64,000 nt of DNA from positions 4,354 to 68,353 of the forward strand of contig CANJBO010000006.1 of assembly GCA_947472995.1 (NCBI GenBank), in the 5' to 3' direction. The notes below the pieces were generated by a model. It was given only the letters and a program-made list of their open reading frames with translations, did no database searches and had not been told where the DNA came from. Source of the DNA: Chloroflexota bacterium. Its GTDB lineage: Bacteria > Chloroflexota > Dehalococcoidia > UBA2979. A program made the position numbers and the translations under genes. Positions 1 through 9,714 of the stretch are shown here, piece by piece (the first letter of the stretch is position 1; the number at the start of each line of letters is the position of its first letter).

Positions 1-198
1 ACGTTCGTCGGCCTCGACGCCGCCACTGGCGCCGAGAAGTGGTCACGCACGTTCGAGGGCGTCGAGATCGACGCGAACGGCCTGATGCTCGACAACGCGA
101 TCTTCTTCACCACGCACACGTACCGCCTGCTGCGCCTCGACCCGGCGACCGGCGAGATCCAGCCCGTCAACGTCCAGCCGCCTTCGAGCGGCAACTAA
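1..198 (+). CDS. 3' end of a PQQ-like beta-propeller repeat protein (partial)
   Basis: Frame 1 is open to TAA at 196-198: TFVGLDAATGAEKWSR...LLRLDPATGEI, containing two LDxxTG propeller-blade motifs. Confidence 0.7.
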   Translation, partial: TFVGLDAATGAEKWSRTFEGVEIDANGLMLDNAIFFTTHTYRLLRLDPATGEIQPVNVQPPSSGN

Positions 199-215
199 CC
201 GCGGAGTAGCCGAGC

Positions 216-1202
216 ATGCCGCAGATCACCGCCATCTGGCAGATCGCGCTCGAGACGCCGCTGATCAACATCATGGTCCTGCTGACCGTGGTGCTCGGCG
301 GGTCGTACGGGCTGGCGATCCTCGCCTTCACCGTCATCTCCCGCGCGCTGATGTTCCCGCTCACGCTCCGCATGCTGAACTCCATGAAGGGGCTGCAGGA
401 GATCCAGCCCCAGATGGCGGAGATCCAGAAGAAGTACACGGATCCCAAGCGGCGCCAGGAAGAGGTGATGAAGCTCTACCGGGAGGCCGGGGTCAACCCG
501 CTCGGCTGCCTCGGCCCGCAGCTCGTCCAGTTCCCCATCTTCATCGCCGTCTACCAGGTCATCCGCATGACCCTCGGCTCCACCCCGGAGGGCATGCTCG
601 CCCTCTCCGGCCGCCTCTACGACTACCCGATCATCCAGAACGCCATCCCGCTGTCCTCGACGTGGCTCGGGATGGACCTCGCGGCGCAGGGGAACTACTT
701 CCTCGTCGCGGCCGTGTTCGCCTCCATGTGGCTCCAGCAGCGCATCTCCAGCAGCCGGCCGATGGCCACCACGCAGGCCGCCAGCGACCAGCAGCGCCAG
801 ATGAACACGATGATGCAGTGGCTGATGCCGGCCATGTTCGCGTGGTTCGTGATCGCGACGCCGGCGGGCGTGGGCCTCTACTGGGCCTCCAGCACCATCA
901 TCGGCATCATCCTGCAGTGGATCTTCGTCGGCCCCGGTGACTTCACCTGGGGCTCACTGATCCCGAACGTCGTGCGCGAGCGGCTGGGCATGCCCCGCCT
1001 CGCCACCCCAGACCAGCGGCGCCTTGCGTCGCGAGCGGCACTCACCCAGCACGCGGAGGTCCCCGGCGGGGACCGGACCGAATCGAGGACCACAGATGAG
1101 GGTAGCGGAGACGAGCGGGAAGACAGTCGACGAGGCAATCGGGCGGGCGCTCGACCAGCTCGACCTGCGCCGAGACCAGGTCGACGTCGACGTAATCACT
1201 GA
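216..1202 (+). CDS. yidC: YidC/Oxa1 membrane protein insertase
   Basis: YGLAILAFTVISR, EIQKKY, KLYREAGVNPLGCLGPQLVQFPIF, PAGVGLYW; Arg-rich C-tail. Confidence 0.95.
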   Translation: MPQITAIWQIALETPLINIMVLLTVVLGGSYGLAILAFTVISRALMFPLTLRMLNSMKGLQEIQPQMAEIQKKYTDPKRRQEEVMKLYREAGVNPLGCLGPQLVQFPIFIAVYQVIRMTLGSTPEGMLALSGRLYDYPIIQNAIPLSSTWLGMDLAAQGNYFLVAAVFASMWLQQRISSSRPMATTQAASDQQRQMNTMMQWLMPAMFAWFVIATPAGVGLYWASSTIIGIILQWIFVGPGDFTWGSLIPNVVRERLGMPRLATPDQRRLASRAALTQHAEVPGGDRTESRTTDEGSGDEREDSRRGNRAGARPARPAPRPGRRRRNH

Positions 1203-2442
1203 GGGTAAGGCGGGCTTCCTGGGCTTCGGCTCGGAGGACGCGATCGTCCGCGTCACCGCGAAGGACTCCGTGATGACCACCGGCGGCGGCAACCGCTCGC
1301 GCGGCGGCCGGGGTGGTCGCGGCGGCGGCGGTGCTGGACGCGGCGGACGCCCCGAGGCGGACCGCAACCGCCAGCCGGAGGTCGCGCGTCCGCGTGACTT
1401 CGACGACGAGGACGACCACGAGGACGACGGCGACGACGCGCCCCCGAGCCTGGGCCCGAACGACGCGCCCCGCGCGGGCGGCCGACGTGACGACGCGACG
1501 ACCGGCGACGGGACGACTGGCGAGGCGACCGGTGGCACTGGCGAGGGCGGCGACGAGGCACGCCGACGCCGCGGCCGTCGTGGTGGCCGTGGGCGGCGTG
1601 GCGGTGGTGGCGAGGGCGGCGGCGAGGGTGGCGAGCGCGCTCCCGAGGCCGGTGCCGCAGTGGGAGCCGCCTCGAGCGCCCCGCGTGGCGGACGCCGCGA
1701 CGACGGCGCCGGCGATGACCGCGCCCCGCGCGAAGACCGAGGTCCCCGTGACGACCGTGCCCCCCGCGAGGACCGCGGCGGCAGCCGTGGCGGACGCGGC
1801 GGGCGTGGTGGCGGGCGAGACCGCGACGACGGGCCTCGTGGCGAGCGCGTCGAGCGACCGCGCGGCTACAGCGTCCCCGCGAACGAGGAGGTCCGCATCC
1901 CGGACGTCCCGGAGGACGCCCCCGACCGCCCCGCGGCGGAGTACGCGGACGAGCTGGACCTCGCCGGGAGCGCGCTGCGCGACCTGCTGAACCTGCTCGG
2001 CCTCACGCACACGGAGATCAGCGCCCGCGACCCGGAGACCCCCGGCGACGGCGCCGGCCTCGTGGCGCAGGTGCTGGACGTGTACGGCGAGGACGACGCG
2101 ACCTCGGACGAGCTCGGCCTGCTCATCGGACGCCGCGGCGAGACGCTCTCGTCGCTGCAGTACCTGGTGAACACGATCGTCGGCCGGACGGGCGAGGACG
2201 CCCCGGTCTACGGCCTGGACATCGAGGGCTACCGCCGCCGCCGCGAGCAGACGCTGGTCGACCTCGCGCACGAGGTGGCACAGGAGGTCCGCGAGACCGG
2301 CGACGTGATCACGCTGGAGCCGATGCCGGCCTCCGAGCGACGCATCGTCCACCTCGCGCTGGAGACGGAGGCCGGCGTGCGCACCGAGAGCGTGGGCTCC
2401 GGCGACCGCCGCCAGGTCGAGGTCCTGCCCGCAGACGAGTAG
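1096..2442 (+). CDS. jag: Jag/EloR RNA-binding protein (Jag_N, long disordered linker, KH, R3H)
   Basis: ETSGKTVDEAI..GFLGFG N-domain; LIGRRGETLSSLQYL KH; LEPMPASERRIVH R3H; follows yidC. Confidence 0.92.
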   Translation: MRVAETSGKTVDEAIGRALDQLDLRRDQVDVDVITEGKAGFLGFGSEDAIVRVTAKDSVMTTGGGNRSRGGRGGRGGGGAGRGGRPEADRNRQPEVARPRDFDDEDDHEDDGDDAPPSLGPNDAPRAGGRRDDATTGDGTTGEATGGTGEGGDEARRRRGRRGGRGRRGGGGEGGGEGGERAPEAGAAVGAASSAPRGGRRDDGAGDDRAPREDRGPRDDRAPREDRGGSRGGRGGRGGGRDRDDGPRGERVERPRGYSVPANEEVRIPDVPEDAPDRPAAEYADELDLAGSALRDLLNLLGLTHTEISARDPETPGDGAGLVAQVLDVYGEDDATSDELGLLIGRRGETLSSLQYLVNTIVGRTGEDAPVYGLDIEGYRRRREQTLVDLAHEVAQEVRETGDVITLEPMPASERRIVHLALETEAGVRTESVGSGDRRQVEVLPADE

Positions 2443-2486
2443 CATTCGACAGCAGAGCGCGGCACTCGACGCCACTACCAACGGTC

Positions 2487-3407
2487 ATGGCCCGAGAGCA
2501 GCCGACGATGCCTGAGAACGCCTCTCCCGAGCCCGTGCTGATCGTCGGCGCGGTGACGTGGGACGTCGTGGGTGACGAGCGCCGCGCGGGCGGGGCGGCG
2601 ACCTTCGCCGCCCGCGTCGCGACCGCGCTCGGCGTGCGCGCGCACGTGCTCGTCCTGGCCGGGCCTGACGCGGGCCTCGACGCGTTCTTATTGCACGAAT
2701 GTGCAGTGGTGCCGGTTGCGCGCACGCTGACCCTCGAGCACCGCTTCGTCGAGGGTGAGCGGCACCAGCGCGTGCTCGTCGGGCCGGAGCGCGCGCTCAC
2801 GCCCGGCGATCTGCCTGCTGGCTGGCCCGCCGCCTATCGCACGATCGTGCTGGCACCGCTGCTCCCCGACGATATCGACGTCCCCGCGTTCCTCGACGCC
2901 TGCGCGGCGGGCCCGACGATCGAGGTGGCGCTGCTCGCGCAGGGACTGGGCCGCCAGGTCGCCGCTGACGGCGCGATCACCGACCGCGCGAGCCCGTCGC
3001 AGGTGTTCTTCGACGTCGCGCGCCCGAACGTCACGCTGTTCCTGTCCGCCGAGGAGACCGCCGGCTGGGCGCCGGGCGACCTCGACGCGCTGGTCGCGCG
3101 ATCGAAGCGCGTCGTGCGCACCTTCGGGCGTGACGGCGCGGAGATCCGGACAGCCGCGGGCGTCCACGCCATCGAGGCGCTCCCGGCGACGCTGGTCGAT
3201 GCGACCGGCGCGGGCGACGTGTTCGCGACCGCCCTTATACTCGCGATGCGTGCGGGGGATGACGTGGCCGGCCGGCTCGCTGCCGCCTGCGCGGCTGCGT
3301 GCGTGGAGCGCATCGGCTCCGCGCCCCTTCCTGCACGCACGGAACTCGAAACCCGGGCTGGCATCGCCGCCTCGGATAGATCGCGTGCGCAGGGGGAACG
3401 AACGTGA
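2487..3407 (+). CDS. PfkB/ribokinase-family carbohydrate kinase
   Basis: GGAATFAA N-motif and VDATGAGDVF PfkB signature. Confidence 0.85.
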   Translation: MAREQPTMPENASPEPVLIVGAVTWDVVGDERRAGGAATFAARVATALGVRAHVLVLAGPDAGLDAFLLHECAVVPVARTLTLEHRFVEGERHQRVLVGPERALTPGDLPAGWPAAYRTIVLAPLLPDDIDVPAFLDACAAGPTIEVALLAQGLGRQVAADGAITDRASPSQVFFDVARPNVTLFLSAEETAGWAPGDLDALVARSKRVVRTFGRDGAEIRTAAGVHAIEALPATLVDATGAGDVFATALILAMRAGDDVAGRLAAACAAACVERIGSAPLPARTELETRAGIAASDRSRAQGERT

Positions 3408-4324
3408 GCGTCGTGATCGCGCTGGCGAACCAGAAGGGCGGCGTCGGCAAGACGACGACCACGGTGTCGCTCGCCGCCGCACTCGCCGCGCGTCACCTGC
3501 GCGTGCTGATCGTCGACGCCGACCCGCAGGCCAACGCCACCTCCGCCGTCGGCGCGACGAAGGACGACGAGGGCGGACTGTACGAGGCGCTCGTCGACGA
3601 GCGCCCCCTCGGCGACGCGGTGCGCGACACGAACATCGCGAACCTCGCCGTGCTCCCGACGACGCCGGCGCTCGCGGGCGCGGAGGTCGAGCTGGTGTCG
3701 GTGATGGCGCGCGAGTACCGCATGAAGCGCGCACTCGACGCATTGCGCCCGCGGTTCGACGTGATCCTCGTCGACTGTCCGCCGTCGCTCGGCCTGCTGA
3801 CGGTGAACGCGCTCGCCGCGTGCGACGAGGTGATCATCCCCGTGCAGTGCGAGTACTTCGCGCTCGAGGGGCTGAGCCACCTGTCGCACACGATCGAGCT
3901 GGTGCAGCGGAACCTCAACCCCCGCCTGGTGATCCGGGGTGTCGTGCTGACGATGTTCGACGGCCGCACCAACCTCTCGCGCGAAGTGGAGACCGAGGTG
4001 CGCACGCACTTCAAGCAGACGTTCCGCGCCGTCATCCCTCGATCGATCCGCCTCGCGGAGGCGCCGAGTCACGGCGAGCCGATCAACGTCTTCGATCCGC
4101 TGAGCGCCGGCGCGAAGGCGTACGACGATCTCGCGGACGAGCTGATCGAGGCACTGCGCGCGCGCGACCTGCTGCCGCCGCTGCCCGTGAAGGTCACGCC
4201 GCCCGGCCTGCCCGTCGCGATCACCGCGACGCCGACCGCGATCATGACCACCCCCGCGCCGACCTCGACGGCGATCACCTCGACGCACAACTCGCAGACG
4301 GAGCAGGCACATGGCGGCGCGTAA
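3404..4324 (+). CDS. parA: ParA/Soj ATPase
   Basis: NQKGGVGKTTT deviant Walker A, DADPQANAT, DCPPSLG, IPVQCEYFALEG, RLAEAPSHG. Confidence 0.96.
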   Translation: MSVVIALANQKGGVGKTTTTVSLAAALAARHLRVLIVDADPQANATSAVGATKDDEGGLYEALVDERPLGDAVRDTNIANLAVLPTTPALAGAEVELVSVMAREYRMKRALDALRPRFDVILVDCPPSLGLLTVNALAACDEVIIPVQCEYFALEGLSHLSHTIELVQRNLNPRLVIRGVVLTMFDGRTNLSREVETEVRTHFKQTFRAVIPRSIRLAEAPSHGEPINVFDPLSAGAKAYDDLADELIEALRARDLLPPLPVKVTPPGLPVAITATPTAIMTTPAPTSTAITSTHNSQTEQAHGGA

Positions 4325-5204
4325 GGGCGGACTGGGACGCGGGCTGTCGGCGCTGATCCCGGACGCGGAGCAGGCGCCACGCGACGAGCGCGTGCCCACC
4401 TCGGAGGTCGCGCTCGCGGACATCGTCCCGAACCCCCAGCAGCCGCGCACGGTCATGGACCCGGCGCGCCTCGAGGAGCTCGCGGCCTCGATCCGCATGT
4501 ACGGGATCATCCAGCCGCTGCTCGTCACGCAGGAGACCGGCGTCGACGGACGCACCGTGTACCAGCTGATCGCCGGCGAGCGCCGCTTCCGCGCCGCGAA
4601 GGCGGCCGGCCTGGAGACGGTGCCCGTCACGATCCGCCAGACGACGCCGCAGGAGCTGCTCGAGATCGCGATCGTCGAGAACGTGCAGCGCGCCGACCTC
4701 AACCCCATCGAGGAGGCGATCGCCTACCAGCGGCTGATGGAGGAGTTCGGCCTGACGCAGCGCGAGGTCGCCGAGCGCGTCGGCAAGTCGCGCACCGCCG
4801 TCGCGAACACGCTGCGTCTCACCGAGCTGCCCGCCGACGTGCGCGCCTCGATCACCAACGGCGAGATCAGCGAGGGCCACGGCCGCGCGCTGCTCGGCCT
4901 GCCGACGGAGGGCGAGCGGATCGCCGCGTGGCAAGTGGTGGTGAAGCAGGAGTTGAACGTCCGCGAGACGGAGCGCATGGTACGCGAAGGCGTGAAGCCG
5001 AAGCGGACGACCGCACCGGCCCCGCCCGAGCGCGGCCCCGCCGCGATCACGTCGGGGTTCGAGGCGGCGCTCCAGCGCAGCCTGGGCACGAAGGTCGCGT
5101 TGAAGCGCACCCAGAAGGGGCGCGGCACGCTGACGATCCACTTCTACAGCGACGAGGAGCTGACCGGCGTCCTCGAGCGGATTCTCGGAGAGGACGCACT
5201 GTGA
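4311..5204 (+). CDS. parB: ParB/Spo0J partition protein
   Basis: GLGRGLSALI, PNPQQPR, LIAGERRFRA, ENVQRADLNPIEEA, HTH. Confidence 0.96.
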   Translation: MAARKGGLGRGLSALIPDAEQAPRDERVPTSEVALADIVPNPQQPRTVMDPARLEELAASIRMYGIIQPLLVTQETGVDGRTVYQLIAGERRFRAAKAAGLETVPVTIRQTTPQELLEIAIVENVQRADLNPIEEAIAYQRLMEEFGLTQREVAERVGKSRTAVANTLRLTELPADVRASITNGEISEGHGRALLGLPTEGERIAAWQVVVKQELNVRETERMVREGVKPKRTTAPAPPERGPAAITSGFEAALQRSLGTKVALKRTQKGRGTLTIHFYSDEELTGVLERILGEDAL

Positions 5205-5662
5205 GCACTGTCGCGGACCGCCTGAAGGAACTCGGGATCGAACTGCCGCCCGTGCCGCAGCCGCTGGCGATCTACCGCCCCGCGGTGCGCACCGGGAACT
5301 ACGTCTACATCTCCGGGCAGCTCCCCACCGTCGACGGCAAGATGGGCGTCACAGGCCGCCTCGGCGCGGGCGTGAGCATCGAGGACGCGAAGGAGAGCGC
5401 GCGCATCGCCGCGATCAACGCGCTCGCCGCCGCGAACACGCTGCTCGGCAGCCTCGAGGGATGCCGCGTGATCCGCACCGTCGGCATGGTCGCGTGTGCG
5501 CCGGAGTTCACCGACCACCCGCAGGTGGTCAACGGCGCGAGCGAGCTGTTCCGCGACGTCTTCGGCGAGGAGCGCGGCATCGGCGTGCGCCTCGCGTACG
5601 GCATCGCATCGCTGCCGCTGAACTCCCCGGTCGAGGTGGAACTGCTGCTGGAGATCAGCTAA
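5201..5662 (+). CDS. RidA/YjgF family protein
   Basis: GTG overlaps the parB stop; LKELGIELP, YISGQLP, VVNGASELF, LPLNSPVEVE. Confidence 0.9.
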   Translation: MSTVADRLKELGIELPPVPQPLAIYRPAVRTGNYVYISGQLPTVDGKMGVTGRLGAGVSIEDAKESARIAAINALAAANTLLGSLEGCRVIRTVGMVACAPEFTDHPQVVNGASELFRDVFGEERGIGVRLAYGIASLPLNSPVEVELLLEIS

Positions 5663-6177
5663 TGCCCGGCCAGGGGAACCGCATCGACTTCGTGACCGGC
5701 GCGCCCGAGAAGTACGCCGCGCTGGTCGACGCGCTCTCCGTGGCGCCGAACCAGTACCGCGCCGCCCTCGGCCGCGTGTCCGACGCCGTCATGCGGCAGG
5801 AGCCGGCCGAGCCGGCGGGCGCGTGGGCGCCGCAGCGCATCCTCGCGCACGTCGCGTTCATCGCGGAGGCGAACGACGTGTTCATCCGCCAGATGGCGAC
5901 GATGACCGAGCCGGTGCGCGCGCCCTTCCCCTCCGGCTTCGAAGCGATCGACCTCGAGCCCCTGTCCGTCGAGGCGCTCCTCGATCGCATCGAGGAAGCC
6001 GTGAGCCGCACCGTGGAGCTGCTGGGCCACACCCCCGACGCCGCATGGGGCCGCCCCGGCTACGCGCGCGGGATGCGTCGCTCGCTGAAGCAGATGGTGG
6101 CGACCCACGCCGCGCACTTCGACGAGCACCTCGCCGAGATGCTCCGCCTCCTCGGCGCCCCGGTCACCTCGAGGTAG
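5662..6177 (+). CDS. DinB-like family protein
   Basis: TAATG coupling to the RidA gene; W..RILAHV...H..HFDEH metal-binding His pattern. Confidence 0.75.
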   Translation: MPGQGNRIDFVTGAPEKYAALVDALSVAPNQYRAALGRVSDAVMRQEPAEPAGAWAPQRILAHVAFIAEANDVFIRQMATMTEPVRAPFPSGFEAIDLEPLSVEALLDRIEEAVSRTVELLGHTPDAAWGRPGYARGMRRSLKQMVATHAAHFDEHLAEMLRLLGAPVTSR

Positions 6178-6234
6178 ACTCGGCCGCCGACCGAGCACGC
6201 GCGGCAGTGCGCGCTCCTCTCCCCTTCGCTCTGG

Positions 6235-6272
6235 CCCCCTCTCCCCTTGCGGGAGAGGGTTGGGGTGCGGGG
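6235..6272 (-). repeat. REP-like palindrome, family A (CCCTCACCC..CCCTCTCCC-N-GGGAGAGGG)
   Basis: Single copy between convergent genes. Confidence 0.8.
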
Positions 6273-6310
6273 TTCCGGATCCTGGCCACGGCCCACTGAG
6301 GGGCTCGGGG

Positions 6311-7165
6311 CTAGGACTTGCCGCCGGCCTCGATCGGGAGGTCGGTGCGGACGGACCACTCGGCCCATGAGCCGTCGTAGTTGCGGGCGTCGAGCCAGCC
6401 GAACAGCTCGTACATGACGAACCACGACACCGCCGAGCGGATGCCGCCGCCGCAGTACGGGAACACCGGCTTCGAACCGTCGAGGCCCGCCGCCGCGTAG
6501 AGCGAGCGCAGCTGCTCCATCGGCAGCAGCCGGCCGTCGCCGTCCACCAGCAGCTCCCAGTTGAGGTGCACCGCGCGCGGGATGCGGCCGTTCCGCGCCG
6601 CGGCGTGCGCACCGGGCAGCCCGGCGAACTCGTCGTCCGTGCGGCAGTCGAGGACGCTCGCACTGTCGTCGCCCTGCGCGACGGCGAGCACGTCCTGCCA
6701 CAGCGAGATCACGTTCACGTCGCCTTCGTCGAGGTGGCACGTGGCGGGCGTGACCTGCGGTGCCTCGAGCGTCGTCGGGATGCCGGCGCGGCCGAGCGCG
6801 GCGACGGAGCGGTCGGCGATGTGCACGTTGGGGAAGCGGTAGTACCGCAGCACCCAGTAGGCGCGGTAGGGCCACATCGACTTCGCCGAGGCCATGAGGA
6901 CGACCGTCTTCGTCTCGCCGATGCCGAGCCGGCCGAGCGTCGCCTCCATCTCGTCGCGCAGCGGCACCAGCGCGCGGATGCCGTCGCGCTCGACGGTGAA
7001 GTCGCCGTAGCCGTCGGCCCACACGGCGCCGTGCAGGTGACCGCTCTCGTACTCCGCGCGTGCGCCGCCGACGTGCACGAACACGACGCTCGGATCGTCG
7101 AGGTGCGCGCGCACCCACTCGAGGTCCACGATCGCGCGCGGGTTGACCGGTTCGCGTGACGTCAT
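6311..7165 (-). CDS. Tandem-domain rhodanese/sulfurtransferase
   Basis: EYESGHLHGAV, GRIPRA, YCGGGIRS active-site loop, YDGSWAEW signature. Confidence 0.92.
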   Translation of the reverse strand: MTSREPVNPRAIVDLEWVRAHLDDPSVVFVHVGGARAEYESGHLHGAVWADGYGDFTVERDGIRALVPLRDEMEATLGRLGIGETKTVVLMASAKSMWPYRAYWVLRYYRFPNVHIADRSVAALGRAGIPTTLEAPQVTPATCHLDEGDVNVISLWQDVLAVAQGDDSASVLDCRTDDEFAGLPGAHAAARNGRIPRAVHLNWELLVDGDGRLLPMEQLRSLYAAAGLDGSKPVFPYCGGGIRSAVSWFVMYELFGWLDARNYDGSWAEWSVRTDLPIEAGGKS

Positions 7166-7190
7166 GCGTGTCTCCTCGTGCGTGCGGGCT

Positions 7191-8528
7191 CTACTCGGTC
7201 GCGGGCGTTCCGCCGGCGGGCGCGCCGCCCTCGCCATCGCCGCGTCCACGCCCGCCGCGACGGCCACGACGACGGCGGCGACGCTCCGGGTCGCCCTCGC
7301 TGTCTGGTCGAGGCGACTCGTCAGCGGTCGCCGGGCGCGGCGGGCGAGGTGATCGTGCGGCACTGTCGGCGCGCGGCGCACCTGCGGCATCGCCGGCTGC
7401 GGCACCGGGGCGCGCGGGACGACGGCCGGCGACGCCGGGGCGGCCGGGGCGTGCCGTCGAGGATGCGTCGGGCGCGGCGCGTTCGCCGCGCGGGGCGGTG
7501 CGGCCGCGCGTTCGCGGGGGGCGCGCAGGGGCCTCGGCGTCGTCGCGCGCGGGGCGCGGGCGATCCGGACGGCCCTCGGTACGACGGGGCGCGGTGGGGA
7601 TCGACACCGGCTCGAGGACGGCGAGCAGGTTGTCCTTGCGGTCGCGGTCCTGCGCGTGCAGCGCCTCCTCGAACTGCTCTTCGAGGTCGACGGGACGCAC
7701 CGCCGTGCCGTACTGCGCGCGCAGTGCGGCGGCCGGCATCTCGACGATCTCGTTGGTGTCGTCCATGCGCATGCGCACGGTCTCCGCGATCGCGTTGATC
7801 GAGATCACGCGCGCGCGGCCGACCGGCGTGCTGATGCGCTTGCCGACCTTCGGCAGCGTGCCGAGGATCTCGCGGTACGCGTCGATCTCGAACGACAGGC
7901 AGCAGAGCAGCCGCCCGCACACGCCCGAGATCTTCGAGGGGTTCGGCGCGAGGCCCTGGTCCTTCGCCATCTTGATCGAGATCGCGGGGAACTCCACCTG
8001 CCATGACGAGCAGCACAGCGCGCGCCCGCACTGGCCGAGGCCGCCGAGCGACTTCGCGCGGTCGCGGTCGCCGACCTGCTCCAGCTGCACGTTCGCGTTC
8101 AGCAGTCGCGCGGCGTCGCGGCGCAGCCACTCCGCCTCGTCCTGATCGCGCGAGACGAAGGTGATGTCGGCGTGACGCGCGTCGAGGTCGTACATCAGGC
8201 TGGCGATGCGGATGCGAGCGTCGCGCTGCGTGGCGATCGCCTGCACGCGCGTCATGTCCTCGGCGGCGCGCGCCTGCTGGTCGCGGTACGCGAGCACGTC
8301 CGCCTCGCTCGCGAGCCGGTCGACGACGCGGATCGGTCCGTCGAACACGGTGGCGAGCACCTGGTCGGCGGCGAGCACGACCCAGCCGAGGCGCTCGCCC
8401 CGGTCGGTGCGCACGACGACGTAGTCGCCGGTGCCCAGCCGCAGCGCGGCGGGCGAGCAGTAGGAGATGCGGCCCGCCTCGACGAAGCGGACGCCCACGA
8501 TGGCGGTGTCGGTGGTCATGTTGGTCAT
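7191..8528 (-). CDS. PSP1-domain protein RicT/YaaT with a disordered Arg/Gly-rich C-tail
   Basis: VGVRF, GDYVVVRTDRG, GGLGQCGRALCCSSW, MAKDQGL..NPSKISGVCGRLLCCLSFE; follows holB as in Firmicutes. Confidence 0.9.
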   Translation of the reverse strand: MTNMTTDTAIVGVRFVEAGRISYCSPAALRLGTGDYVVVRTDRGERLGWVVLAADQVLATVFDGPIRVVDRLASEADVLAYRDQQARAAEDMTRVQAIATQRDARIRIASLMYDLDARHADITFVSRDQDEAEWLRRDAARLLNANVQLEQVGDRDRAKSLGGLGQCGRALCCSSWQVEFPAISIKMAKDQGLAPNPSKISGVCGRLLCCLSFEIDAYREILGTLPKVGKRISTPVGRARVISINAIAETVRMRMDDTNEIVEMPAAALRAQYGTAVRPVDLEEQFEEALHAQDRDRKDNLLAVLEPVSIPTAPRRTEGRPDRPRPARDDAEAPARPPRTRGRTAPRGERAAPDASSTARPGRPGVAGRRPARPGAAAGDAAGAPRADSAARSPRPPRPATADESPRPDSEGDPERRRRRRGRRGGRGRGDGEGGAPAGGTPATE

Positions 8529-8568
8529 CTGTCTGCGCGTCGCCCGTCCAGGGTGGACGCCGCCGGTG

Positions 8569-9714
8569 CTACCCGGCGGTCGCGGCGATGCGGTCCTCCG
8601 TGTTCTCTGTGACCGCACCTGCTGTCACCGCACCGGGCGGAAGCAGCGGCAGGTCGAGCATCATGATCTCCAGCGCGAGCTGCGCGCTGGTGTTGGCGAG
8701 CAGGTGCTCGCGTGCCGTCTGCACCGCGCGCAGCGCGCGCAGGGCGTCTTCGGCGGTGCAGTCGATGGGCGAGCGCGCGCCGGCCGCGCCCTCGACGCCC
8801 GCGCCGGCGAGGAGCGCACCGCGCCACCACTCGCGCCACAGGTCGATCGTCGCGAGCACGCTCTCGCGCTCGCGGTACCACGCGTTGCCGAGGCGATCCG
8901 CGACGTCGAAGCGCTCGTTGCGGTCCGCGGTCGCGAGGCGCCCGGCTTCGGCCTCGGCCGACTCGCGCAGGACGGCCATCGTCGGGTCGGCGTGCATGCG
9001 CATCGCGAGCCCGTACCGCCCGTGCGCGAGGTGCGCGAGCGTCGCGGCCTCCTCGGCGGGCAGTCCGGCGTCCTCGACGAGCGCGGCGGCGAGCGCGGCG
9101 TGGGGCAGCGGGCGCAGCGTGAACTCCTGGCAGCGCGAGCGGATCGTCGGCAGCAGCGCGTCGACGTCCGCGGCGACGAGGACGAACAGCGCGCTCGCCG
9201 GCGGCTCCTCGAGCGTCTTCAGGATCGCGTGCGCGGCCTCGGGCTGCAGATCGTCGGCGGCGTCGATGATGAACACGCGGAACGGCGCGCCGAACGGGGC
9301 GAGCGAGGCGACCCGCTCGAGGCGACGCACCTGGCAGATGCGGATGCGCGTGGAACGGTCACCGGCGTGGTCGTGCGAGGTCTCGTCGCAGACGCCGCCG
9401 ATGGTGATGCGCTCGATGTCGGGGTTCGTCCCTGCTTCGATCTGGCGCACGGCGCGCGACTCGAAGTCCGGCACCGTAGAGTCATCGGCGCTCGGCGCGG
9501 CGAGCGTGGCGGCGAGGCGACGCGCGAGCGCCGTCTTGCCGACGCCCGGCGGCCCGCCGAGCAGGAACGCGTGCGCGAGGTGCCCCGATCGCATCGCGCG
9601 GCGCAGCGCCTCGACGGTCGGGTCGTGCCCTCGTAGGCCCCACGCGTTTCGTCCCCCCTCCCCCTCGACGGGGGAGGGCTGGGGTGGGGGCGCTCCGCCG
9701 ACCTCGCTCGTCAT
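8569..9714 (-). CDS. holB: DNA polymerase III subunit delta'
   Basis: HAFLLGGPPGVGKT, LKTLEEPP, LLPTIRSRC. Confidence 0.9.
   Translation of the reverse strand: MTSEVGGAPPPQPSPVEGEGGRNAWGLRGHDPTVEALRRAMRSGHLAHAFLLGGPPGVGKTALARRLAATLAAPSADDSTVPDFESRAVRQIEAGTNPDIERITIGGVCDETSHDHAGDRSTRIRICQVRRLERVASLAPFGAPFRVFIIDAADDLQPEAAHAILKTLEEPPASALFVLVAADVDALLPTIRSRCQEFTLRPLPHAALAAALVEDAGLPAEEAATLAHLAHGRYGLAMRMHADPTMAVLRESAEAEAGRLATADRNERFDVADRLGNAWYRERESVLATIDLWREWWRGALLAGAGVEGAAGARSPIDCTAEDALRALRAVQTAREHLLANTSAQLALEIMMLDLPLLPPGAVTAGAVTENTEDRIAATAG
9653..9690 (-). repeat. REP-like family A copy in-frame inside the holB 5' end
   Basis: Encodes PPPQPSPVEGEG. Confidence 0.75.
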
